From assembly GCA_023213395.1 (NCBI GenBank), contig CM041465.1, positions 171,561,741 through 171,625,740 on the forward strand: a stretch of 64,000 nucleotides of DNA, written 5' to 3'. A program made the translations under genes and the position numbers. Positions 27,201 through 39,371 of the stretch are shown here, in pieces. The stretch's first letter is position 1; each line of letters begins with the position of its first letter. The stretch is from Cycas panzhihuaensis. Its lineage: Eukaryota; Plantae; Cycadophyta. The notes beneath the pieces were generated by a model, which made no database searches, had not been told where the DNA came from, and worked only from the letters and a program-made list of their open reading frames with translations.

Positions 27201-29354
27201 CCATCAAAACCATGGGCTATGTATGGGTTTGCCTTTAAAACCATAGGCTAATTAATGACTTTAGTATTAATTCTCTCCAAAAGCATGGGTAATCAACCCA
27301 TGGGACCTAACTCATCTATCTTTCTATTTATACCCTCCATTTTTCATTGGAAAAGGAAGATTAATGTCTAAGCTAATATCTTATTATTATGCTACTAAAA
27401 TTTATGCAAAAAGCCCATAGCTTTCAAATCTAATTGGTTGAATTCCACTATTAGATTAAGGCTTTAATATTAGACATTATTAGAGTACTCTTTGGATGGA
27501 GTAGAATGTCACTCGCATCTCCACTTCACTTAGAATAAGGGTAACACCCCCCATATTGCCAAGATTTTCTTCCTTCTTCTAATACTTTATTTACTTACCT
27601 CTATGGCATTAAATTACCCTCTTTTATGCTTGTTATTTGCAATAATTTTAGTTCTTTTGTCTTTGCATACTTAACTTTCTTTGTAGTTGGAATTTTAGAG
27701 AGGGAAAAATGGGCTCAATATTGCTTATTAGGATAAAAAAAGGGTTGCAAAATAGGCATTTTTGATGCCCCTCTTTATGCCATTTCCTTTGTTTATTTTA
27801 AGTCGACATTTTAGCTTTGGTTTGCAAGATTTTTCATCTATTTACTATAGACTTTGTTAGATACTAATCAATGTAGGTGGAGGATCTATCCTAAAGATTT
27901 GAGTGCAACTTAGAGTGTGCTTAGAGTAACTAAAGAAATCCCGTCCTTCTCTTTCATTCATTCAACTCAAACAAATAAAGTGCTTATTACATAGTTGTTA
28001 TACTATCAAAATTATCTCACATAGCTATAAAGGTTAGTATCTTAAAGTAGCTTTTAAATTGACTTCTAACATATTTTATTTTAAACATAAACTTGTTTTT
28101 AGTATAAGTCAATCTAATAAGTAGAAATATTATTAAAATTTTCCTAGAAATCATTTACAAACACATTTACCTAATCTTATTTTACATGTATTGGTAATTC
28201 TGAAAATTGTGAATAAAATTTACTAAAAGAATGGGGCAAAATTAGATATTTCGAATATTATTCTTAGTATTCCTTAAACCTTTCCTTTTATAAATTCAGT
28301 TTTGAAAGCAAAAAACACTTAAAAATATTACTTTATTTCATAGTTTTATTTAAAAGAAAGGATTAGGAAAAGAGTTTACACTTATTGTATACTCATTGTT
28401 GCCTATTCTTCCCTTACCTCATATGTAGATTTTCATTAAAAAAGAAAAAAAAAGGTTTATTAAAATAATCAGAAAATAAGGTTTAAAAAGAATATTTCTC
28501 TTTTGCATATTATATTTGCACTTGCATTTTGGTATGTATCTTTCCAAAGACCTAATGAGGAAGAGGTTTACACCTATTGTGAGTCTTTGAATATATGGGG
28601 CTACACTTATATTTGTTAGGTTAGATTATTTATTACTTGTATGCAACCAAAATTATATAACTAGTAGTATTTAAATTATCTATCGTATTCTCCTCTTAGT
28701 CTCTTATAGGTTTTAGGATGGGAACAACTACATCTGATCCTGAAATGAAATATCTTTGTTAATGCTCATTATCCTAAGTTCATGCAGAAGATTTTAAGAT
28801 GGGAACAACTACATGTGATTCTGCAAGTGCTAAGTGTCTTTATTTGGAATCCATCAAGATCCAAGTAGGCTTAAAGAAGGTCAATAAAGCCTTCCTATAA
28901 TGAGAGGCACAACATTTGCTATAACACCAAAGGTCCCAACCATTAGCTTTAAGGCCTATTATCAATAATGCTAACATGACCATAGGCTTATTAACCTTTA
29001 TAGTTTGTTCTTTTAAGAAAGTATTGAGAGATTTAAAGTTGTAACCATCCTAAAGCCAACCTAAGCTACTTGCTCCCTTACATAGGTATATGCCAGTTTT
29101 GTAAGCGACCTAAGCTATTTCCTAAATTAGGGGTAGTATTACTACCCTTCCTTAGGATAAAAGGAATTTATAAAAATAATTTATAATTGGCCTTGATTAA
29201 AACCAAGTTGACAATCTTATTCTAAAAGGACATAGAAATGTTGATTGGGTTGGTTGCCAAGACTTATGCCATTTCATATTAGGGTATCGCTTTGACATGA
29301 ACTCAACTGTAATCTCTTAGAGCTATAAGAAACAACCAAATGTTACTCTCTCCT

Positions 29355-32300
29355 TGAGGTGACACAAGCTAGTCACACTCATAAATAGAAGGCAAGATTG
29401 GTTAAGATTTAATATATCCAAATGATAATTGATTAATAATTGATAAATGATGAATGATGTTTGATATTACATAGACCCAATATATTTATAGTCCATCTAT
29501 GAAAGGTTGTGTTCATTTACAAATAGATATGACCCTTCACTTAATTTAATTATGATTATTTATGCCTAAATATACCATTTAGGCTCACTACAAGCTCTCC
29601 ACTCTTGAAAGGCTTCATCCTCGAAGCCTACTTAAATAGAATAATCTTTGTACGAGCAACATAATGTCATATAGATTTATGAGATTCACATGTCGATTTA
29701 AATCACAATAGAAGTAAACATATGATTCAAAAGATGCTTTGTCCTAGATTCTCGTTAATCTTTTATTAAACCATGGTATTATAGACCATTGTCTTCTAGT
29801 TTGATAAGACTTTTGGCTTTGTGATAATGGCATGGTATATTTATTTATTAAGTGGATTGTTGTTAAGACATCCCACAGAATCTTCCACTCAAGATTATGA
29901 TTAGGCATCTTGATTTTTTGAGATTTTTATCGATTTTCTATTGTACTTTAAATTTTAATTATGAAGATATCCAATTTGATTTCTTCAACTTTTATGGGAA
30001 TAAAAGGAATACTGATGATGGTTCTTAAACAAATGATAGTATTTGGGAAATATTAAAGTGACCATATTGTAAGATCTTCTATCTATATATTTATATTACT
30101 ATTTGGTGTCAATTTTTCAGATTTGTCATCATTAGTTATTAATCCTGATTTGTTGATATTGGGGGCAGTAACATATTTGTTGTCATCAATGTTAGGAGTT
30201 AATTTTTCATTGGATGGTTTATTTTCTAATGGAATAATTTGGCGATATATTTTATCATTAGATTCCTGTTTATTGATATCTTTAGTGGAAATGATATGAT
30301 GAGTAGGGATATGTCATTTTTAAATTCCCCAGTTGTCATCTTTATCTACATGCGAAAATGGTTTTTTTAGAACCTTCCAATTATTGTTCATATCATGTTC
30401 TTGGTTGTTTATCACCTTCATTAATATATTTGGATCTGCATCCTTTTGGAAGTTTATTAATTCTTGATTCTTTCTTAGTTGTGTTTTTTCCTTTTGAATT
30501 ATTACCAGCAATATTATGTCATTAAGGCTTATTAGTTTCATAGATAAATCTAGTTCTGATTAATGTTCGAATGTCATTTGATGATGGGGTTTTTTACTTC
30601 ATCTATTTTTTACTTTACTAGATTTTCTTTAGGGCTAAATTCAGTAGTAAATTCTATTTGTACTTTAGGAACAATAGTGCCCTTCTCTTTAAATTGATTT
30701 TTAAATGCTATTGAGAATAGTTCCCAAGTTATAGTTTTATGGTTTTCATTTTTCTATTCTTGTGACTAATTTTGCCACTAGTTGAATGTCATTTTATACA
30801 TGTGTACTGTGGTATATAATATGTTTTTCTTCATCGTTTATGATATTTTGATGTAAGAAAAAGTCTTCTAGCTCTTGCAACCATTTGAGGGCATATTCCT
30901 TTAGTCCATAGAATTGAGAGATGCTAAAATTTTTCTTAATCTTTTAATCTGTTAAGTAAAGTAATCATAATTTGATGTATTCGACTTTTGACATGTCTTG
31001 TCTATGTGTTGGATTTAAATAGTCCAATTCTTTCAAATATTATGATAGAGAATATTCCATGGTAACATTTTAAAAGTAATATCATCTTTATTTTTATGTT
31101 ATATTATGTAAATATTAGATGATATGCGGTAACATAAGTTATGATTTAAGTATAAATAATAATTGATATGAAAGTAGGTTAAGCCTCTTAGTCAGTATAG
31201 TATATTATGATTGGATTAGCCTACACACAATTTTAACTCTAAACTTAATAAACGAATAATATATTTATGTCGTTGGTCCTTTGATTGTGATTGTATATGT
31301 ATCACTATAATACCTTATGCAGATGTAGGTAAGGTAACTATGGTCCTTCTTAAAAGCACTTAGAATATTTGATAGTCAAAAAGATTAATTGATTATATAA
31401 GTGATGTGATTTGATAAGTTATTATAAGTACTTATAAATAATTTATGTTAAATAATAATATGAACAATTCTAAGATAAATATGAAGAACAATGTGTAGTA
31501 TATTTAACTATTGAAATATATTATGAATATGTGATATATAACTGTTAATAATGATATGGAAAGTGATTATATCATATATTTTATTATTTATGAATGATGG
31601 CATAAATGCTAAAAGATAAATGTAAATAATTATAAATGAATATAAATAAGCAATGCATAATATATTTAGTCTATTGTGATATATTATGAATGTATTATAT
31701 ATATGAGAAAAAAATATTTTTTAATAAGTCACATATAAAAAGTATGAAGAAAGGGGTGGCAAATAGAATAAAGAAAAGTGATATTTAGAAATGATATACT
31801 AGGATTATTAAGGTGACTATGTATAAAACAATATGTATAATATAATATGTTGATTGAATATAAGTAATGATACTGGTATTATTAAGGCTATCATAATATT
31901 ATTCCATATATTATTTATACGCACTATAAATGGGCTAGATGGACATAACAAGACTGAACGCTAATGATTTATTTACTAAACAATGGATAGCGTGAAGAAC
32001 TGAACAACCCAAGAGGATAGCCTAACAGATGGCCACTGAAATGATGGCAAATAACATACTATGATGACGAGTGACAAATTTTGGCTATGTATCACAAGTA
32101 GATATCTAGCTAAGTGGTGGATAATAAGAATTTTATATAGGTTATTATTTATAATGGTTGTTGATATATTAATATAAATGTGTAAATAAGCATTAAAGTT
32201 ATTAGTATTGTATAATATTTTATACAATATTATATGAATGGAGTAATATAGTTGATAATTATAAGTGCCCTCCTATACTTTTATATGGTTACATGCTATG

Positions 32301-32491
32301 AATATATATGGCATACAACATTATTGGTTTATGCCTCTAGCAACAATGACACTGTAAGCTCTTACAGAAGACTTGATCATAATTTTTTTATTTTATTTGT
32401 AGTACCAAGCTCTTGTATTAGTTAAATTCAATTGTAGGTGTTTGGCACTAAGGTGTGATGTTAAATAAGATGTTATCAAATTGTTGAAGTG

Positions 32492-32570
<79 letters not shown>

Positions 32571-32840
32571 GTTTATAGCACTATCAGAATTTGGGCTCTG
32601 ATACCACTTGAGGTGACCCAACCTATTCACGCTCATAAATAGGAGGCAAGGTTGGTCAAGATTGAATATACCCAAAGGCTAATTGATTAATAATTAATAA
32701 ATGATGAATGATGGTTGATATTACATTGACCCAATATATTTATAATCTATCTATAGAAGGTTGTGTCCATTTACAAATAGACATGTCCCTTCACTTAATC
32801 TAATTATAATTGTTTATTCTTAAATACACCATTTAGGCTC
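29355..32840 (-). mobile_element. ~3.5 kb non-autonomous Gypsy-type LTR element with gag remnant only (TR-GAG-like)
   Basis: Direct repeats at 29355-29592 and 32609-32840. Perfect PBS gctctgatacca at 32595-32606 and PPT (minus strand gagtggagag) at ~29595-29605. Minus-strand gag-like FYGLKEYALKWLQELEDFF near 30860-30915. No RT or integrase core seen. Confidence 0.85.
32495..32567. repeat. Pure (AT)n microsatellite, ~36 units
   Basis: Direct reading; it lies ~28 bp inside the PBS of the element. Confidence 0.97.
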
Positions 32841-33674
32841 CATGGAAGTTGAATACAAAGTAATTATTCATGTCAACACTACAATAATTTGGCCATGCAA
32901 GATTCTTGTAGAGCTTGGACTTCATCATACTCAAGCCACCACTCTCTTTTGTAACAATTAAAGTGTTTTGAAGATGACTAAGAATCTTGTCTTCCATATG
33001 AGAACCGAACACATCGAAGTCCATCATTACTTCATCTATAAGCATATGCAAAATGGAGAAGTTGACTTAGTATACTAACTGACTAAGGACCAAGTGATAG
33101 ATATCTTCACCAAAGCACTTGGGAGACCAAATTTTAAAAGGTTTTGGCATGACCTCGATATCAAAATAAATATAGTTGTCATTGAGGGAGGTGTTAAAAC
33201 ATTTAACAACACCTCATTTATAATCATATTTTTATGCATCTTATATCATTGATATGCCATGATGTAATTCAAATGTAATGTAATATTATCTCAGATCTAT
33301 CCCCTTACTAAAAAACAGGCCAATAATATTTGCCTGTTATATCAACCACTAAGATTTATTTGTAAGGCATATCATCATCTCTAAATTAGACCTAAACACC
33401 CTCATTTATATATTAAATTGTTATGTATACAAAAGCTCTATTAGAATATAGATCGACAATGTAATTAGTTTACCCATCGCAGTTCTTTGTTATCAATTTG
33501 CTTTGTTCTGTTGTCTATTGTATATTATTTGTGTTGTTCCTTCTTTTATATCTTTTATATTTGTACACACATATGTTATCTTGATCTTGTTTATGAATTT
33601 TACATAGAGGTCCTCAATAGAACTTTAGAGATATATTTATGTTGTTTTTCCTCAGAACACCAAAATTAATAAAG

Positions 33675-34716
33675 TTGTTGGGTAGCTCTAGTAGAATATT
33701 AATGTAATTCCTTACACCACTCTATAATTAGCATGCCCTCCTTCATGGCCCTATATAGTTATCCCCTACCTTCCCATTAAACATTCACCACTAACTTGCA
33801 TACAACCTCAATATAATGGAAATTGTAAAATATGGGTAAAATCCTAAACACCCTCAAACAAAACTTAGCAATGCTCAAAGTCATATGAAGCAATGTGATG
33901 ACTGCCACCACTCTAATTGAATCATTTCTATTGGTGATATGGTCTTTATTCACCTCCAACTATATAAATAACAATCACTCTACCACAATAGAAACCATAA
34001 ACTGAATCCTTAATACTATGGTTCTTATAAGGTTAGACTACACATTGATAAAGTTGCTTATGCCCTTAAACTCCCTTCTGATACTAAGATCTATAATGTC
34101 TTCAACGTGTCATGCCTAGAAAAGCTCCTCAGAAAGTATATTATATTATAGACCACTCTCCTAAACCTTATTGAAGAGTAACTTCTAACTATTCTCCTAG
34201 ACTATATTTTAGAAACTAAACACCTCCATCTCTAAAATAGGATTATTTCAAACATTCGGTATAATTAACTGGCAACATACCTAGAGAAGTGACATGGAAT
34301 TTGGATTAATTCATCAAGAAGCATCCACATTTATTATATTATGCGGACTCAGGTCTCAGGGTAGGGGACATGTTATATAACGACTAGTTATTGGCAGAAC
34401 TCTTATCAATGTACTCCTTGTTAGTAAGAAGCATATGTTAATTTTAGCCATTAAAATGTGTGTGTGGGCTGCTGAAGGCCACTAATAGAAATAAAGGCCA
34501 AATACCTTTCCAATGTGATTCATTGACTAAACAACCATTTTACCTATTTAAGGCCCTATGGATGTAAAAGAAGATTAGTTTAGAATATGAAATTGCTACC
34601 GTCCATTTGGTGCATTATTTTGGTATTCGTTTTAGTGTTCAGTTGTGCTCTTTCTATGCTTTATTCTTCTATTTTATGTTTAGGTGCAAAGAAATATTAG
34701 GAGGAACCATATTAAA
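33675..34716 (+). mobile_element. Gypsy (chromovirus-like) integrase tail, PPT and LTR
   Basis: YYGSYKV...KIYNVFNVSCLEK, homologous to 38520-39217. PPT agggtagggga at 34358-34368, LTR from TGTTATATAAC (34371), followed by PBS-like tggtattagaga at 34717-34728. Confidence 0.8.
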
Positions 34717-37700
34717 TGGTATTAGAGATTGGTTATGTGACGAAGGGGAGCTATACAATAAGCAAAAATTAAGATTTTTTTTTCCAGCCAAAGTAAGTAC
34801 TCTCTTTGTATAAGTAGAGATTAAGGAAAGACCTTCTCTCAGTACTCTCTCTACACAAAGATTGAGGAATGGAACCAATGGCATTCAAAAGTCATGAAGA
34901 AAAGGGATTTTTTTTTCCCTTGGTAATGCTCGACGCATATCCTTTGAATTTAATTTAGTTTATTTTAATTATAGTATTTATGTCATCAACTCAATGGTAG
35001 ATAAAGTCACTTGGTGGCTATCCTTTCCCCTTCTACTCCTCATTCTCAGATAGATAACTCTGTATGGAGACCACCCAAAGCAATTAAGCAGAGACCTTAT
35101 ACTAGGGATTTATAAAGATCACAGTAATCTATCATTTTGGCTAAGTGCATTGTGGTTTTTCTGCCCTTCACATGAAAGATTAGAAATAACACTCCTGAAT
35201 AAAGCATTAAACATAATGTGGTTGCAGAATTATACCTCCACATACTTCGAGTATATAGAAGGACCCCTATAGGTCCTAAATCCTTCCTAGTGTAGGCAAC
35301 CTATTAGTTACTAAAGTCATATAGTGTAGTGGTTAGTAATTAGCACCATGAAGCTACATGCCCTAAACTTTTACATAAGAAGTCTATTAGTAAACTTACA
35401 AGACCAAGCATACCTTGTCTAATGGTTAGTGGAATATCTTATTTCTGGTCACATCTTGATTCAAATACTCTACCTCCTACTTAAGATTTAAAAATATAGG
35501 ATAACAGACCTTAAAAAAAAAAAAACAAAGTCATCTAATAGTCCATAGGGAATTCTAAATTTTAAAATACTTTTTGGATTTAGAAACAACCAATGCAATT
35601 ATACTTAAGATAAAAAAAAGGTCCATGGCCCAAAAATACCCTTGGTGACCTATATATCTTATTTTGATTAGCACGTAATGTTGACCATTTTTCATTAGGG
35701 TAGTTTTAACTTAAAATTTTTTGATACAATAGTATATAGGCATCTTGTGAGCTCTATTGGCAAAAACATTCACTTAAAAGCCATCTATCCCATCTTGATA
35801 ATCTTCTCATGCTCGTTTTAGTGCACTAAGTAAATCCATTATATTTTTAGGGTCAATAGGCTATAGACAACCTATCCCCTCTCACCCCCCCCACCTCCCC
35901 CTTACTCCCTTCTTATTCCCTCACTCGACTCCCAACTTCTTTAAATCTCTTTCTTCTTATCTATCCCTATTTTGTTGCTATGTTCTTTCTTCCTTATGTT
36001 GCTTTGTACAATCCTCTTCTTTGCTCTCATCCTACTTCAAATAATCCTATTCTCTCTTAATAACTAGTGTTTACAATTATCGATGGCACCTAACGAAGCT
36101 AACAAATTCTAAATGCTTGAAAATAATCTCACATATATTAAGGATGAGTTCAAGACCATATAAGAAGAGATCAGCATCAATAATGTCCAAAATAAAAAAG
36201 AATTTATAGCCATCGAAAGTAATTTTGCAAACATCAAACTTGACCTTACAAACTTTTTAAAGCTACTTTAGTAAATAGTCAATTAAGGTAGTGCCTTAAA
36301 TCAAGCAGAGTTATCTAACCAGTAGTAGGTACCACTGCCTCTTCCACTCTAAAGTCATCAATGATAACAACCCTTCTATTACAAGATTAATATTCCTATC
36401 TTTGATCTAGATCTAAATAAGAGAAATGTAAGGAGTTGGATTAGTAAATTATAGTCATATTTTTTACTCCATCCCATGTTGATCGATGACTAACTCACCT
36501 TTACATCTATCCATCTAGATGGATAAGCTCATCATTGGCTTTAGTGGTGGAAGAAGGAGTACCATATGAAGCAATCCTAAGATCAATTTTGTAAAAACTT
36601 CTTTAAGTAATATCAAGACACATGGAACCATACATTATTTAGCTAACTCACTCGACTAAGACAATCCTCAATAATAGAAGTTTTCATAAGTGAGTTCTAA
36701 GCTCTCTAAAATAGGATTAATATGTAGCTAGATCAACCAACCTTAGTCAAAATCTATGTAGTTAGACTCAAAGAATACATACAAAAATATACTTATTGAA
36801 TACTTTGAGATGGGCCACAACCATAGCCAAAGCAGTCAAAGCTAAATTCATAGCAAAATACATATTCATCTCTCGATAAGATATACTATCATACCATCAC
36901 TCTTAGCCAATACATATACAATGACCACGACTTCACTTAAAGGATTGTCAGGAGGATTGCCCTACAATAGAATGCTCCATAGTAGAACAAACAACAGGGT
37001 TTGAATGAGTAAGCCTTGTTGAAGCCAAGAGAAGCCAAAAAGTTGGTCTTTGCATCCAATGTACAGAAAAATAAACTATTAGATATGGTAGGGTTTGTAA
37101 AGCAAAACACATGGTCTTCACCATTGATCCTACAACATTAGTTCATGAATATCTTGATATAGGCAATGAGCTTGAGGAAGGCCTAGCCATAGAACCCCTT
37201 ATTGACCCTAAGTTAGAACCTTCAGTTTCCCTTTCTGTTATTTCCTCTATCGTCTCCTCTACCTCTTGCCCTGAGCCTCTTTGAGTCAGAAGCACCTTGA
37301 AGAAGACTCTTATCATCATCTTGATCGATGGTGATGCATCACTTAACTCCATCATCATCTCCCTAGCCAAACAACTTAACTTATACATAATGCCAAAAAC
37401 TAGTTTTACTTACTCCTTACTAGGATACCATAAACTCCACTATACAGGTCTCATTAAAAACCTCCACATCTATGTTGGCACATACTAATTGGATTCTAAT
37501 TGTTATGCCCTTTTCATAGGAGGATCAAATGTCATCCTAGTAGTCAAATAACTCCAAACCCTTAGCACTTACAATACTAATAACTCCCCTATTAATCCAT
37601 TCATTATATTCAAAGACCAATTTGGATAAACACATAAACTACATGGGTATCACCTACAAGTGTTCGACTTCACCATATCTTATAAAAAGGGCAAAGAAAA

Positions 37701-39371
37701 TGTCATAGTCGATGCTCTCTCCTACTTACCTTTAGAATCATCTTAGCCCATATTATAAGCCATCTTTGTCCTCCAACCTATATGGCTATAAGAATTAACA
37801 ATAGATAACTACTCCCAGGTAGATTTTGCTAAATGTTCCTTAAAAATTTAACATCAGAAGGATTTGACCTTGCACAACACTCATCTTCTCTACAAAAATC
37901 AAATCTTTATCCATCCATCATCTTCCTTCATTCTTTGTATCTTGATTAAGTACCACACTATCCCTTTAGGAGGTCACTCGTGTTTTAATAAAACCTATCG
38001 ATGTATCTAATATGACTTCTATTAGCCTTAAATGAAATCATCCACACCAACCTTCATAGTAAAATGTGATGTCTACCAATACAATAATGTAAATACAAAG
38101 GCTTAGCCTTAGCTCCTCTAACCCCTTCAAATTTTGTAATGTAAATGGCAAGATATTACCATGGATTTCATCACAAACCTTCCATCCTCTATTAGAAATG
38201 ACTCCATTTAGGTAATCATTGATTGACTAACAAAATATGTATACTTTCTACTAATCCACACATCCTACCAAGCCCCTCGCTTGGCCTACCTACATATCCA
38301 ATTCATTTTTTGCCTCCACAGATTTCCATGTATTATAGTTTCAGATTAGAATCCTAAATTCACACCTTCTTTTTTATAAGAACTCTTCTATGTAGTTGGT
38401 ACCTCTTTCAACATAAGTTCCTCTTATCACCCCTAGACAAATGGTCAATCTGAGATCCTCAAAAGAACATTAGAGACATATCTCCATTATTTTACCTTAA
38501 AACACCAAATTTATAGACCTCCTTGTTAGCTCTAGTAGAATCTTGGTATAATTCTTAACACCACTCTGTAATTGGCATTCTGCCCTTCATGGCTCTATAT
38601 AGTTATCTCCCACCTTCCCATCACACATTAGCCACTAACTTGAATACAACCATAGTACAATAGAAATTACAAGACATGGATAAAATCCTAAATACCCTTA
38701 AACAAAACTTAGCAGTGGCTCAGAATCGGATGAAGCAACTTGTTGACTGCCACTACTTTGATTAAACATTTTTTGTTAGTGATATGGTCTTTATTCACCT
38801 CCAACTATATAAGCAACAGTTACTCTGCCACAACAAAAACTATAAACTTAATCTTCGATACTATGGTCCTTACAAGGTTAGCCAACACATTAATGAAGTC
38901 ACTTATGCCCTTGAACTCCCTTCTAATACTAAGATCCATAACTTCTTCCATGTGTCATGCCTTAAAAAGCTCTTTAGAAAGTCCATTGTACCACAGATCA
39001 CTCTCATAATCCTCATCGAAGAGTAACTCCTAATCATTCCCCTAGACTAGATTTTGGAAACTAAACACCATCGTCTCCAAAATAGGATCATTTCTGAACA
39101 TTTGGCGCAATTGACTGGCAGTAGACCTGAGGAAACAACATGGGAGCTAGATGAATTTGTTAAGTAGCATCCATATCTATTACACTGTGGGGACTCAATA
39201 TCTTAGGAGAGTGGACCTATTACATAACCACTAGTGGTTGACAGAACTCTTGTGAATGTACTCCTTATTAGTAAAAAAACACGTATTAATGTTGACCATT
39301 AGAATGTGTGTGCAGGTCACTTAGGGCCACCAATAGAAATAAATGTTAAATGCCTCTCCAATGAGATTCAT
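34371..39371 (+). mobile_element. Degenerate Gypsy element: LTR-PBS-gag-protease-(no RT)-integrase-chromodomain-like-PPT-truncated LTR
   Basis: Gag motifs at 36380-36700 and protease ILIDGDASLNSII at ~37315. RNase H end LQVFDFTISYKKGKENVIVDALS at ~37655-37725. Integrase GGHS, MDFITNLP, IVSD, SSYHP.TNGQSE, RYYGPYKV, IHNFFHVSCLKK, then TTWE. PPT at ~39205-39215; 3' LTR 39218-39371 matches 34371-34523. Confidence 0.88.

Larger units (their letters stand above)
29230..33671 (+). mobile_element. Ty1/Copia 3' remnant (RNase H, PPT, 3' LTR) split by a nested LTR element
   Basis: DWVGC...IS*SYKKQP.VTLS (29240-29354) resumes in frame as SMEVEY...FHMRTEHIEVHHYFI...DQVIDIFTKALG (32840-33125). PPT gagggagg at 33184-33191; LTR tgttaa...ttaata at 33192-33671. 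Confidence 0.85.
5974..39371 (+). repeat. Tandem segmental duplication, copy 1 (~33.4 kb)
   Basis: Sequence from acataggttgaaaa (5974) recurs at 39372 and stays colinear (RLK, Copia gag, Gypsy PBS, LTR) to the window end. The distal part (~29.9-39.4 kb) has no partner inside the window and is assigned by inference. Confidence 0.9.
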
